A DNA stretch of 64,000 nt from contig CDROCS010002422.1 in NCBI GenBank assembly GCA_977020255.1, forward strand, positions 310,001-374,000, written 5' to 3'. Under the pieces are notes generated by a model. The model saw only the letters and a program-made list of their open reading frames with translations. It did not search any database and was not told where the DNA came from. Origin of the DNA: Obrimoposthia wandeli. Taxonomy: Eukaryota. Both the position numbers and the translations under genes were made by a program. Shown piece after piece: positions 39,278 to 50,443 of this stretch (the first letter of the stretch is position 1; every line of letters starts with the position of its first letter).

Positions 39278-39419
39278 CAACAAGCAAATTGGGCCGATTG
39301 TTAAACAGCATATTTAAGTGCTATCGTTCTGCAATGTCCCCTGAACTAGTATTCAAGCTCAAGGTCAACAACCCAAAGCAGCTGCTTTCAATCAACTCAA
39401 TCAACTAGGCCTAATTTTT

Positions 39420-40589
39420 ATGTCTACCCCACGCATCATGTTTTATGTGCAATATCTATTAGGAATAGGGCACGTGCGCCGCTCATCACTCATTGTTCAA
39501 GCGCTTTGCAGGCAAGGAGCGCAAGTTGATGTGATTTTTGGTGGAATGCCAGTGCCTAGTATGTCCTTTGGTAGCGCCAACATGCATTTTTTAGAACCGA
39601 TTAAAAGTGCTGATGCCGCATTTTCTGGATTACAAAAAGCCGACGGATCTGAATTTACTAAAGAAGATAAACACCATCGCTCTCAAGCATTATTGCAACT
39701 GTGCGAACAACTACAGCCTGATTTAATCGTTACTGAAACTTACCCTTTTGGGCGCAGGCAAATGCGCTTTGAACTACTGCCATTATTAGATTGGGTAAAG
39801 TCACAGGCGAAACCGCCTGTTTTAGTCGCTTCCATAAGAGATATTTTACAAAGACGCAGCCCTGTGCGTGAACAAGAATGTATCGATTTAATCAATGACC
39901 ATTATCAACATGTACTAGTACATGGCGATCCACAGTTTTACCCGCTGCAACAGAGCTTTCCCCCTGCTGTACAGATCCAAGATAAGGTTAGCTACTCGGG
40001 TTATGTTTGCCCAACGTTTGAAAGCTCACAAGCTACGCAAAGCAAAACTAACACAGCAAGTGATACCGCCAAAATTGTCGTCTCTATTGGTGGCGGTAGT
40101 GTCGGCAAAGAAATTTTGCAAGCGGCGCTCATGCTTTACCAAAGCGGTTACGCTTCACAAAGGCAATGGCTGTTAGTGACCGGCCCGAATATGAGCCTCG
40201 CTGATAAGCAGTATTTTTACGCGCAGCAAACTGATAGTTTACAAGTAGTCGAGCTTGCTGATAACTTTTTAGCCACACTAAAAGATGCTTATGTCTCGAT
40301 CTCTATGGCAGGTTATAATACCGTAATGGATTTATTACTCACCCAAACACCGGCTGTTGTTATCCCCTTTGAAGGTGATGGAGAAACAGAGCAACTAGCA
40401 CGCAGTAAAGTTTTAGCAGCGGACGGTGTATTACAATTATTAGAGAACAGCGCATTAACCCCCTACAGCTTACAGCAGGCAATAGAGAAGGCCGTTACCA
40501 GCCCCATAAACACTATTGCAATAGCCAACCAAGGGGCGCAACGAAGCGCGCTGCTATTAACAAACTGGGCAATGACTGCTCATGTGTGA
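39420..40589 (+). CDS. Predicted GT-B glycosyltransferase (GT28 C-terminal-like), paralog of the upstream gene
   Basis: YVQYLLGIGHVRR; SIGGGSVG; MAGYNTVMD; EQLAR. Confidence 0.8.
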   Translation: MSTPRIMFYVQYLLGIGHVRRSSLIVQALCRQGAQVDVIFGGMPVPSMSFGSANMHFLEPIKSADAAFSGLQKADGSEFTKEDKHHRSQALLQLCEQLQPDLIVTETYPFGRRQMRFELLPLLDWVKSQAKPPVLVASIRDILQRRSPVREQECIDLINDHYQHVLVHGDPQFYPLQQSFPPAVQIQDKVSYSGYVCPTFESSQATQSKTNTASDTAKIVVSIGGGSVGKEILQAALMLYQSGYASQRQWLLVTGPNMSLADKQYFYAQQTDSLQVVELADNFLATLKDAYVSISMAGYNTVMDLLLTQTPAVVIPFEGDGETEQLARSKVLAADGVLQLLENSALTPYSLQQAIEKAVTSPINTIAIANQGAQRSALLLTNWAMTAHV

Positions 40590-40637
40590 ACCCCATCACA
40601 AATTAGTGGTATCTCAATTGAGAGGAAATAGACTCTA

Positions 40638-41384
40638 ATGTCTAGCTGGCAAGTTTTAGCCCAAGAAATACAGCAGTGGCAAAGCCCAATTCCATTTTGG
40701 TGGCGCGATGACGATGCGGTTGCCGATACTGATGCATTGCAAAAAATGTTATCGATCGCCAATAAGTTTTCAATACCTGTGCATTTAGCGGTTATCCCCG
40801 ATGCTTTAGAAGATAGCTTACAAAGCATTACTTTGGCCGCCCAAAAACCGAACTGCTATGTATTACAGCATGGCTTTGAACACCGCAGTTTTGCCTTAGA
40901 AGGGCAGCGTAAAATTGAGTTAGGCGGGTCGCAGGAAATTGGTGTCATACAAAGCAAATTAAGTGATGGGCGCAAGTGTTTACAATCAGCTTTTGCTGAT
41001 CAATATTTAGATATTTTAGTGCCTCCGTGGAATCGTATCAGCGATAAAATAGCGGCCAAGTTACCGGACATCGGCTATCAAAAGCTGTCTATTTTAGGTG
41101 GCCCTAAAGTTGAGGAAAATGAGTTTTTACTCAACGTTCACATTGATATCATCAATTGGAAGCAGCGCTCGTTTGCCGGTGAAGCGCTCATTTTGGCCAA
41201 GATAACAGCGCATTTGCGTGAACTGCGCCTCAAGCCACAGACGCCGCTTAAACCTTGTGGTTTAATGACACATCATTTAGATCATGATTTGCTTTGCTGG
41301 CAATTTATAGAACAATTTTTTTGCTTTTGCCAAGATCATCCACAAATCAAGTGGATTAGTGGCGATGCTTTATATACTTATTAA
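40638..41384 (+). CDS. Polysaccharide deacetylase-like protein
   Basis: WWRDDD, AVIP, QHGFEH, VPPWNRI NodB-like motifs. Confidence 0.75.
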   Translation: MSSWQVLAQEIQQWQSPIPFWWRDDDAVADTDALQKMLSIANKFSIPVHLAVIPDALEDSLQSITLAAQKPNCYVLQHGFEHRSFALEGQRKIELGGSQEIGVIQSKLSDGRKCLQSAFADQYLDILVPPWNRISDKIAAKLPDIGYQKLSILGGPKVEENEFLLNVHIDIINWKQRSFAGEALILAKITAHLRELRLKPQTPLKPCGLMTHHLDHDLLCWQFIEQFFCFCQDHPQIKWISGDALYTY

Positions 41385-41417
41385 TTAGCACAACATATAT
41401 ACAATTAGGGAACGGCT

Positions 41418-42650
41418 TTGAAGAAAATAGCATTAGTACTTAAAGGCTACCCACGCCTTTCAGAGACCTTTATAGCGCAAGAAATAAGAGCTTTAGAACT
41501 ACGTGGCTACGACATTACACTCGTTTCTTTGCGCCATCCAACAGATACCAGCACTCACCCTATCCACCAGCAGATCAACGCTAGAGTTTTGTATTTGCCT
41601 GAATACTTACACGCTGAACCTTTAAGAGTGTGTAAGGCGCTTTACAAAGTCATCACTAAATTTTCTATCACTAAAGTATTGAAGCAGCTATTTAAAGATT
41701 TTAAACGCGATCGCAGCCGCGGCCGTTTACGCCGCTTTGGTCAAAGCTTAGTGCTAGTCGCTGAAATGCCCGTGGGTATCGAGCAAATGTACGCCCACTT
41801 TTTACATACCCCTGCATCCGTTACACGTTACGCAGCACTAATCAATCGGCTACCTTGGTCTTGCTCTGCTCACGCCAAAGATATTTGGACTTCTGCAGAA
41901 TGGGATTTAAGCGAAAAACTGCAAGAGCTTCAATGGCTAGCGACTTGTACCGGCGCTAACCATCAATATTTACAATCTATCGCCGCTGATCCCAGCAAAG
42001 TGCATTTGGTGTATCACGGTTTAGATTTCACCCGCTTTGATACGATAGAGCGCGAGCCGCGTGCAACTATTGATGGCTCAAGCGCGCAGCGTTGCGTGAA
42101 AATCATCAGTGTTGGCAGAGCTGTTCCTAAAAAAGGCTACGATGATTTACTTAAAGCTTTTGCGCTACTACCCGACAGCTTACATTGGCACTTTACCCAT
42201 ATTGGTGGCGGTGAAATTTTAGCGGATTTGCAAAAACAAGCGCAAGATTTGAATATCGCGCAGCACATTAACTGGCTGGGAGCACAACCCCAGCTAGAAG
42301 TACTAGCAGCGTATCGTGAGAGTGATTTATTTGTACTTGCCAGTAAAATAGTTGCCGATGGCGATCGCGACGGTATGCCCAATGTTCTAATGGAAGCACA
42401 AAGCCAGGCTGTATGCTGTTTAGCCACTGATATTTCAGGGATTCCTGAACTAATAGATTCCCATGAAAACGGTGTATTAGTACCTTCAAATGATCCACAA
42501 CAGCTAGCAAATGCTTTATTAAACCTTATTCAAAACTCCGAGCAACGCGAGCAATATGGCCTAGAAGGGCAACGCCAACTGCATCATCGCTTTGATGTAA
42601 AAATAGGCATTGATCAATTACAAACATTGTTTGATAATCCAGATGCATAA
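41418..42650 (+). CDS. GT4 glycosyltransferase
   Basis: KGYPRLSETFI; SVGRAVPKKG; DRDGMPNVLMEA. Confidence 0.9.
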   Translation: MKKIALVLKGYPRLSETFIAQEIRALELRGYDITLVSLRHPTDTSTHPIHQQINARVLYLPEYLHAEPLRVCKALYKVITKFSITKVLKQLFKDFKRDRSRGRLRRFGQSLVLVAEMPVGIEQMYAHFLHTPASVTRYAALINRLPWSCSAHAKDIWTSAEWDLSEKLQELQWLATCTGANHQYLQSIAADPSKVHLVYHGLDFTRFDTIEREPRATIDGSSAQRCVKIISVGRAVPKKGYDDLLKAFALLPDSLHWHFTHIGGGEILADLQKQAQDLNIAQHINWLGAQPQLEVLAAYRESDLFVLASKIVADGDRDGMPNVLMEAQSQAVCCLATDISGIPELIDSHENGVLVPSNDPQQLANALLNLIQNSEQREQYGLEGQRQLHHRFDVKIGIDQLQTLFDNPDA

Positions 42651-42662
42651 GAGGTAAGTTAA

Positions 42663-43805
42663 TTGCAAGCGAGCGCCTTAGATATTGCTTTTTATGCACC
42701 TTTAAAATCACCGCTTCATCCCACCCCTTCTGGGGATAGAAAGATTGCGAGGCTGTTCATGGCCGCTTTGCAAGATGCGGGTTTTACAGTGCAGCTTGCC
42801 AGCCAATTACGCAGTTTTGATAAACACGGCAACAGCCATCGCCAGCAGCGCATGGTTAACTTAGCCAAACATGAAGCGCAGCGGATTATGCGGCGCTGGC
42901 AAAAACACAATTTTCAGCCTAAAGCATGGTTTAGCTACCACTTATATTACAAAGCGCCTGATTTAATTGGCCCGATTATTTGCCGTGCACTCAATATCCC
43001 CTACCTTGTGGCAGAAGCTTCTTGGGCGACTAAACGCGCACAAGGCCCTTGGTCTTTGTATCATCAACATATTGATAGCGCCTTACAGCAAGCAGCTAAA
43101 GTGATCTGTATCAACCCTGTTGATAAAATAGCGTTAACTGCCTATTACGCCAATGAAGCAATAAATAGAATTGAGTCTTTAGCCGCGTTTATTGATGATC
43201 GCCCGCAATCTAACCCTAATATTAAGCGCCAACAACTAGCTGATGAGTTCACATTAGACATTGATAAACCGTGGCTCATTAGCATTGCAATGATGCGCAG
43301 CGGTGATAAATTTGCATCATACCAATTACTAAGCAAAGTTATGCACAAGCTACAACTACCGTTTCAGTTGTTAATTGTTGGTGATGGTGAAATGCGCCCG
43401 CAAATAAACACCCTATTTGCAACACAAAGCCAAGTGAAGTTCGCTAATGCACTACCCAATGAGCGCATATTAGAACTGTTAACTCATTTTGAAATACTGG
43501 TTTGGCCTGCTATTAATGAAGCACTAGGCATTATTTTTTTAGAGGCACAACAAGCAGCTGTCACTATTGTGGCAGGTAACCAAGGCGGCGTTAGCTCTAT
43601 TGTTAAAGATAAATACAGTGGTTTATTATTCGATGCCTTAGATACAACAGCCATGGCTGATGCAATAACAGCGTTGCTATCAAACCCACAGCAATTACAG
43701 CGTTTACAACAACAAGCGCAAACATACATAGCCCAGCAACATTCAATTGGTGCCAGTTCATTACAGTTACAGCGAATTATTCACAGTGTTTGTGAACAAC
43801 TTTAA
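42663..43805 (+). CDS. GT4 glycosyltransferase
   Basis: FYAPLKSPLHPTPSGDR; EALGIIFLEAQ. Confidence 0.85.
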   Translation: MQASALDIAFYAPLKSPLHPTPSGDRKIARLFMAALQDAGFTVQLASQLRSFDKHGNSHRQQRMVNLAKHEAQRIMRRWQKHNFQPKAWFSYHLYYKAPDLIGPIICRALNIPYLVAEASWATKRAQGPWSLYHQHIDSALQQAAKVICINPVDKIALTAYYANEAINRIESLAAFIDDRPQSNPNIKRQQLADEFTLDIDKPWLISIAMMRSGDKFASYQLLSKVMHKLQLPFQLLIVGDGEMRPQINTLFATQSQVKFANALPNERILELLTHFEILVWPAINEALGIIFLEAQQAAVTIVAGNQGGVSSIVKDKYSGLLFDALDTTAMADAITALLSNPQQLQRLQQQAQTYIAQQHSIGASSLQLQRIIHSVCEQL

Positions 43806-43813
43806 GGAAATTT

Positions 43814-44398
43814 ATGCTTAATTTTTATTTTATCCGCCACGGCCAAACACAGTGGAATAGTGAAAAAAAACTGCAAGGGCGCACCAACATCCCCCTAAAC
43901 GAGCAAGGTATAGCACAAATTGAAGCCTATAATTTACCTGAAAAACTACAATCACTGCAATGGTACAGTAGCCCTCTATTAAGAGCGCGCGAAACCGCTG
44001 CACTGTTAGGTGTCAATGCCATCAGCGAAAATCACTTAATAGAAATGAACTGGGGTGATTGGGAGGGAAAAACCCTACAGCAAGTTCAGGCAAACGATCC
44101 AATTAACTTCACGCAGCAAGAAGCTAAGGGCCTTGATTTACTTCCTTTCCAAGGCGAATCTCCACGCATGGTGGGTGAGCGTATGACGCAGTGGGCTGAG
44201 CAGCTCATTGATATGGGTGTTGATCAACACATTGGCTGTGTAAGCCATAAAGGGGTTATTCGTGCTGTGTATGCGCTTGCTGCACAGTGGCCTATGCTGC
44301 AGAAAGCGCCGCACAAGCTCGATTTTCACTGTGCACAACACTTTTGCTTTAGCCAAGGAAAGTGGCAATTAGGTGAATTAAATATTTCTTTGAAGTAG
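43814..44398 (+). CDS. Histidine phosphatase (phosphoglycerate mutase family)
   Basis: IRHGQT, SSPLLRARETA, VSHKG. Confidence 0.92.
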   Translation: MLNFYFIRHGQTQWNSEKKLQGRTNIPLNEQGIAQIEAYNLPEKLQSLQWYSSPLLRARETAALLGVNAISENHLIEMNWGDWEGKTLQQVQANDPINFTQQEAKGLDLLPFQGESPRMVGERMTQWAEQLIDMGVDQHIGCVSHKGVIRAVYALAAQWPMLQKAPHKLDFHCAQHFCFSQGKWQLGELNISLK

Positions 44399-44522
44399 CC
44401 TTACCCCCAAAGTAACTTTACCCCTTTAGCGAAAAATTAAATAGGTACTTCTGTAGTCCTTATATTTAAAAAAAGCAATAAAAACAATATATTGAATACT
44501 ACTTAGTAACAGTACTAAAAAA

Positions 44523-45200
44523 CTATGACAATCCGCTATATATAAAAACAGCTAAATAGAATGATATCCATCCTAGGCAAGCTTGAATTAAAAAAGCGCA
44601 AAAGGAGCGCATTTTTGACAGTTGATTTAATTCACGATAAGCACCCCAACACACCCAACCAAAAGCAATGATCAGCAGCCCTGCTACACTGTCAATAACC
44701 TCAAATAACAACAGCGCTTCGCTGTTTTGAACAGCAGCTAGCGATGTTTGATCTAGTTTTGACGCGGCAATGGCTTCATAAAGTTCCAAATCAATTGTTT
44801 TAAAAGCACCTACTTTTATTATCTCTATCAATAATCCCAAGATGAAAAATACGCCACCAAAATATGCGTAAGTTACAAAGAAACTTTTAATACTGGCTTT
44901 ACCGCCAACTATGTGCCAAGCGAAACGTAAAATAACAGAATACGCAGACACAGCAACCAAAACGGTTACGCCATGCAAACTTAGCTGCTGCCAAATATCT
45001 GTAGAATCATTTAATGAAGGAATCCGTAAGATAACGCTTAGAGCGATGGATATACCTAAAAATAACAACGCATCATTAAAGTAGCTATCAGGCTGGGTAT
45101 TTTTGGTGGCGACAAACGTTTTAGGGCCGCTAATTATGGCGCCAAAATCAGTTAGATATTGGGGTAAATAAACTAATACCTTCTCAATTAACGCCTTCAT
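44523..45200 (-). CDS. Yip1-like integral membrane hypothetical protein
   Basis: Five or so hydrophobic segments, N-terminal FGAIISGPKTF pattern. Confidence 0.65.
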   Translation of the reverse strand: MKALIEKVLVYLPQYLTDFGAIISGPKTFVATKNTQPDSYFNDALLFLGISIALSVILRIPSLNDSTDIWQQLSLHGVTVLVAVSAYSVILRFAWHIVGGKASIKSFFVTYAYFGGVFFILGLLIEIIKVGAFKTIDLELYEAIAASKLDQTSLAAVQNSEALLLFEVIDSVAGLLIIAFGWVCWGAYRELNQLSKMRSFCAFLIQACLGWISFYLAVFIYSGLS

Positions 45201-45310
45201 TATAAGCAGCCATTATCCACACATATTAAAATAGAGCTGCTATATAAATTACTTTTCTCTCATTTATTCTAGTAGCTCATTTATTGTAGTAGCTAAATTT
45301 TTATAGTCAT

Positions 45311-46312
45311 TCATTTCTTGTAGTAAGTACGATACCAATCCACAAAATGCTGCATGCCTTGCTCTATACTCATATCCGGTTTAAAGCCTGTTAACGCAGT
45401 TAACTTGTCAATATCTGCATATGTTCTTGGAACGTCTCCCGCTTGCATAGGCAGCATAATTTTTTCAGCTTCTTTACCCGCTGCGCTTTCAATTGCTGCT
45501 ATGAATGTGGCTAATTTTACCGGCTCGTTGTTGCCAATATTTAGTACTCTAAAGGGCGCTCGTGCGGTAGCTGGGCTATCGAGCTTATCTTGCTCATTAG
45601 CACTTGGGATTTTATCTTGAACGCGCAATATACCCTCGACAATATCATCAATATAGGTGAAGTCGCGTAGCATATTACCTTGGTTGAACACTTTGATAGG
45701 CCGATCATTGACAATGGCATCAGTGAATAAAAACGGTGCCATATCGGGTCTTCCCCATGGGCCATACACAGTAAAGAAACGCAACCCCGTCACAGGGATT
45801 TGATATAGATGAGAATAGCTATGCGCCATCAATTCATTTGATTTTTTAGTCGCCGCGTATAGAGACACAGGATGATCCACAGCATCGTCTTCTGCAAAGG
45901 GGATTTTTTCGTTCATGCCATACACTGAACTTGATGAGGCATACACTAAATGCGCTACTTTTTGCTGACGACACCCTTCTAAAATAGTGGCCATACCGAC
46001 TAAATTGGAATCGACATAAGCCATAGGATTCTCAATAGAGTATCGAACACCTGCCTGTGCAGCTAAATGAATCACACGATCAAACTGTTCCTTTGCAAAC
46101 AGCGCGGCGATAGCGCTTCGATCCGATATATCGAGTTGTTTAAAGACAAAATTTGGCTGCTCTTGGACACGCGCCAAACGATCTAACTTTAATTGCGGAT
46201 CATAATAATCATTTAAATTATCAATGCCAACCACCTGATGGCCCGCAGCACATAACTCAATAGCTGTGGCGCTTCCAATAAAGCCCGCTGCACCTGTGAC
46301 TAAAAATTTCAT
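45311..46312 (-). CDS. NAD-dependent epimerase (UDP-glucuronate 4-epimerase-like)
   Basis: TGAAGFIG, HLAAQAGVRYS, YAATKK, YGPWGRPDMA. Confidence 0.9.
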   Translation of the reverse strand: MKFLVTGAAGFIGSATAIELCAAGHQVVGIDNLNDYYDPQLKLDRLARVQEQPNFVFKQLDISDRSAIAALFAKEQFDRVIHLAAQAGVRYSIENPMAYVDSNLVGMATILEGCRQQKVAHLVYASSSSVYGMNEKIPFAEDDAVDHPVSLYAATKKSNELMAHSYSHLYQIPVTGLRFFTVYGPWGRPDMAPFLFTDAIVNDRPIKVFNQGNMLRDFTYIDDIVEGILRVQDKIPSANEQDKLDSPATARAPFRVLNIGNNEPVKLATFIAAIESAAGKEAEKIMLPMQAGDVPRTYADIDKLTALTGFKPDMSIEQGMQHFVDWYRTYYKK

Positions 46313-46664
46313 ATATCAAGTTACCTTTTCATGAACGACTTATGCAATGTTAGATTCAATGATTGAATCCAAGTTTAAAACATCTACTTATAAAAATTAA
46401 TCATAACGCAATGATTTTGCTTATGCATTAGTGTTAATCTGGATTGCTAAGCTATTCTTTAGTTTCATCATTTTTATAAATTTAAAACAATACTAATCAA
46501 AAATCTTAATTTTTGCTTTGCCAACAGCACCTAGGACTGTCATTATTCTGATAAAAATCAATGAAGGTTAAACAAAGTCTGCTTTGTGACTAAGACTGCT
46601 GTATAACATTAAGTACTCCTATTATATTTAAAAAAACAACAATAAAACGGCTTTTCAATCTCAT

Positions 46665-48548
46665 GTGCTAGGCCTTGAGCTGGAATTTTTAATGAAAGAG
46701 ATCAATACACCTTTAATTAATATCAAGAATTTAGCAATTGAGTTTCTAGTTAACGACTCTCCTGTCACTGTCGTAAAAGATGTTAGCTTTTGTATCCCGG
46801 CCGGAAAAACGGTCGCTATTGTGGGTGAATCAGGCTCGGGGAAATCCGTTACGGCTCAAGCTATTTTAGGCATTTTACCTTCCAATGGCCGCATTAGCGG
46901 TGGACAGATAAATTACTTAAAAGACCAACAAATTATAGATATTGCGCAACTAGAACCGCGCAGTAAGCAAATGCAGAATTTACGCGGCAACGAAATAAGC
47001 ATTATTTTCCAAGAGCCAATGGTTTCACTCTCTCCTGTCCATACTCTATTGGATCAAATCGGTGAAGCGCTCATTTTGCATCACAAAACCAACAAGGCTG
47101 ATGTACGCGAAAAAGTGCTACATATGCTGAGTAAAACCGGCTTCCCTGATCCAGAACACGCTTTAAATCAATATCCTTTTGAACTCTCTGGGGGTCTTCG
47201 CCAACGCGCCATGATCTCTATGGCGTTAATTTGCCAACCTTCATTATTAATTGCAGATGAGCCAACCACCGCATTAGATGTCACGATACAAGCGCAAATT
47301 TTACATTTAATCAAGTCACTGCAAGTTGAGTTTGGCATGTCAGTGTTACTAATCACCCATGATTTAGGCGTTGTTGCCAATATGGCTGATGATGTTGTGG
47401 TGATGTTTCGCGGTGAGGTGGTTGAGCGGGGCCCCATTAAAACTTTGTTCGACAACCCCCAGCATCCTTATCTACAAGCTTTATTTGCCGCAGTACCCCA
47501 TTTTAATATGGGCCCAGATGAACGTTTAATATCATTGCGACCCGTTACGCTCAAAGACAGTGATATTGCTGATAACAAACTCCCCTGGACGGATCAGCAA
47601 CGTAATGTGGGGCCACATTTAAAAATTGAAAATTTGTGCCGTGAATACACGACTCGACATGGCAACTGGCAAAAACAGAGCAAAACAACCACAGCAGTTC
47701 ACGATTTTAATTTAGAAATAGCCGTCGGTGAATCTTTTGGTTTAGTCGGTGAAAGCGGTTGTGGTAAAACCACTTTAGGAAAACTGCTGATGCAAGCATT
47801 GCAACCTACTAGTGGAAATATCAGCTACAACGATCGTGGCGACATGATCAACCTGTGTAATAGAAGTGAGCAGCAGCTACGTATTTTCAGATCTAAAATG
47901 CAGTTTGTATTTCAAGACCCTTTCAGCTCATTAAGCCCACGTATGACCATACTCGACATATTGCGCGAACCTTTTGTTATTCACAACATTGGCGATGAGA
48001 GATTTCAAACAGAACGCGCCTGTGAATTAATGCGCATGGTTGGTTTAGACGATAGGTTGCTGAGCCGCTACCCGCATAGTTTTTCCGGCGGCCAGCGCCA
48101 GCGTATCAGTATCGCCAGAGCTTTAGCATTAGAGCCTGATTTACTCATTTTAGATGAACCTGTTTCAGCACTAGATGTATCAGTACAGGCACAAATACTT
48201 AACCTGTTGAAAGATTTGCAACAAAAGCTCGGTTTAACTTACTTGTTTATCAGCCATAATTTAGCGGTCGTAGATTATATAGCCGATCGAATTGGTGTTA
48301 TGTGCCGCGGCCAATTAGTTGAAGTGGCCCCAAGAGAAGTATTGTTTAAGCAGGCAAAGCATCCCTACACTCATGCATTATTAGCCGCCATTCCCTTTGC
48401 CGACATGAATAAATTATTAGATCACTCCCAATTAGATAGAAGCCATATGCAACCTGAGTATTGGCCAGCACCTTATCGTTTAGAGCAAGGTAATCAAGGT
48501 GTTCTAAAAGCGATTGGCAAGCAGCATTTTGTCAGGGAGAGTCACTAA
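46665..48548 (+). CDS. Fused dual ABC ATPase (DppD/DppF-type)
   Basis: Two Walker A motifs, GESGSGKS and GESGCGKT; ATG 46692 is a likely start. Confidence 0.95.
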   Translation: MLGLELEFLMKEINTPLINIKNLAIEFLVNDSPVTVVKDVSFCIPAGKTVAIVGESGSGKSVTAQAILGILPSNGRISGGQINYLKDQQIIDIAQLEPRSKQMQNLRGNEISIIFQEPMVSLSPVHTLLDQIGEALILHHKTNKADVREKVLHMLSKTGFPDPEHALNQYPFELSGGLRQRAMISMALICQPSLLIADEPTTALDVTIQAQILHLIKSLQVEFGMSVLLITHDLGVVANMADDVVVMFRGEVVERGPIKTLFDNPQHPYLQALFAAVPHFNMGPDERLISLRPVTLKDSDIADNKLPWTDQQRNVGPHLKIENLCREYTTRHGNWQKQSKTTTAVHDFNLEIAVGESFGLVGESGCGKTTLGKLLMQALQPTSGNISYNDRGDMINLCNRSEQQLRIFRSKMQFVFQDPFSSLSPRMTILDILREPFVIHNIGDERFQTERACELMRMVGLDDRLLSRYPHSFSGGQRQRISIARALALEPDLLILDEPVSALDVSVQAQILNLLKDLQQKLGLTYLFISHNLAVVDYIADRIGVMCRGQLVEVAPREVLFKQAKHPYTHALLAAIPFADMNKLLDHSQLDRSHMQPEYWPAPYRLEQGNQGVLKAIGKQHFVRESH

Positions 48549-50443
48549 TGAAAAAATATAAGCTATCCACACTGCCTTTAATGGTACTTGTCAGCTTGTT
48601 TTCACTACAGGCACAAGCAATCACAGAAGTCCCTTATTTGGCTGATAAAGTCGACCGTGGTGAACTGCCACCCATTGAGCAACGTTTACCTAATGTCCCT
48701 GCTACACCTTCATTTGAAGGCAAGGAATTGGGGGAATATGGCGGGCAACTTCGGATGTTAATGGGTAAGTCTAAAGATATTCGTATGATGGTGGTCTACG
48801 GCTACTCTAGATTAGTTGGTTACGACGACAAACTCAGTTTAAAAGCCGATATTTTAGAAAAAATAGAGGTAGAAGAAGGACGAATTTTTACGCTACATAT
48901 TCGCCCAGGTCATCGCTGGTCAGATGGAGCAGAGTTCACTGCTGAAGATTTTCGCTTTTACTGGCAAGATAAAGCCACCCATTCAGTGTTAGCGCCTTAT
49001 GGACCGCCAAAGGCAATGATGCGCTCAAAACAGCCACCTGCCTTTGAAGTGATTGATAAATACACGGTACGTTACACTTGGCAGGTACCTAATCCTTATT
49101 TTTTACCCGCTTTAGCAGGCCCTAGCCCACTCTATATTTATATGCCTGCGCACTATATGAAGCGCTTTCATGCGGATTATTTAACAAAAGAGCAGCTTAA
49201 GGAAAAAGTAACAGCCGCCAAAAAGCGTAACTGGCGCGGCTTGTTTGTCAATAAGGGGCGCCAATATAAGCTCTCCAACCCCGAACTACCAACATTGCAG
49301 CCTTGGATGAATACCACTACGCCACCTTCAGAGCGTTTTGTGTTCAAACGTAACCCATATTTTCATCGAGTTGATCCCACAGGCAAGCAACTGCCTTACA
49401 TAGACGAAGTAGTGATCAATATTTCTTCAAGCGGTTTAGTGCCTGCTAAAACGGGCTCTGGTGAATCAGATTTACAGGCGCGTTATTTGCGTTTAGATAA
49501 TTTCACCTTTCTTAAAGAAGGCGAAAAGAAAAATAATTTTAATGTCAATATATGGGGAACAGGGCGAGGTGCCCATATTGCTCTATACCCAAACATGACA
49601 GCGAAAGACCCTAAATGGCGCAAACTGATGCAAAACGCGGACTTTCGTCGCGCTATGTCATTATCAGTTAACCGTGAGGAAATTAACCAGGTTATCTATT
49701 TTGGCTTAGCAACGCCTATGTCTAACACTGTACTTCCGCAAAGCCCACTATATAAAAGTAAGTATGCTCAATCCTATGCGCAGTACGACCCAAGATCCGC
49801 TCGTTTATTGTTGGATACCATTGGCTTACACAAAAAAGATGCCCGCGGCATTCGCCTTTTCCCCGATGGCAGTCCAGTTGAAATTTTGGTCCAAACTGCC
49901 GGTGAAAGCACTGAGGAAACCGATGTACTCTCACTAGTAAAAGATAGTTGGCGCAGAGTGGGGATTCAAATGTACATCAAACCAATACAGCGCCAAGTGT
50001 TGCGTGACCGCGTGTTCTCTGGGGATGCTGTCATGACGACTTGGTTTGGATTACCTAATGGCTTACCGGTCGCGCAGATGAGTCCTGAGCAGTTAGCACC
50101 CACCAAACAAGATCAGTACCAATGGTCTCAATGGGGACGCTATTTCGAAACTCATGAAGGCGAGGATCCGACGTTGCCAAAAGTACAGGAGCTAGTAAAG
50201 TTAAATAAAGCCTGGTCATCAGCCTCAACTGAGTTAGAGCAAAGTCTTATCTGGCATAAAATGCTCGCAATCCATGCCAGCGAAGTATACTCAATCGGTT
50301 TAATCAGCGCTGTTTTACAACCAGTAGTCGTGAATAAAGATTTGCACAATGTTCCTAAGAAAGCTTTTTATAACTGGGATCCCGGCGCCTTTTTTGGCAT
50401 CTATAATATGCCTAGCTTTTGGTTTCAAAAGGAGGCGCCATAA
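48548..50443 (+). CDS. Class-5 (peptide/opine/nickel) ABC substrate-binding protein
   Basis: GELPPIEQRLP; IRPGHRWSDG; NPYFHRVD...LPYID. Confidence 0.9.
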   Translation: MKKYKLSTLPLMVLVSLFSLQAQAITEVPYLADKVDRGELPPIEQRLPNVPATPSFEGKELGEYGGQLRMLMGKSKDIRMMVVYGYSRLVGYDDKLSLKADILEKIEVEEGRIFTLHIRPGHRWSDGAEFTAEDFRFYWQDKATHSVLAPYGPPKAMMRSKQPPAFEVIDKYTVRYTWQVPNPYFLPALAGPSPLYIYMPAHYMKRFHADYLTKEQLKEKVTAAKKRNWRGLFVNKGRQYKLSNPELPTLQPWMNTTTPPSERFVFKRNPYFHRVDPTGKQLPYIDEVVINISSSGLVPAKTGSGESDLQARYLRLDNFTFLKEGEKKNNFNVNIWGTGRGAHIALYPNMTAKDPKWRKLMQNADFRRAMSLSVNREEINQVIYFGLATPMSNTVLPQSPLYKSKYAQSYAQYDPRSARLLLDTIGLHKKDARGIRLFPDGSPVEILVQTAGESTEETDVLSLVKDSWRRVGIQMYIKPIQRQVLRDRVFSGDAVMTTWFGLPNGLPVAQMSPEQLAPTKQDQYQWSQWGRYFETHEGEDPTLPKVQELVKLNKAWSSASTELEQSLIWHKMLAIHASEVYSIGLISAVLQPVVVNKDLHNVPKKAFYNWDPGAFFGIYNMPSFWFQKEAP

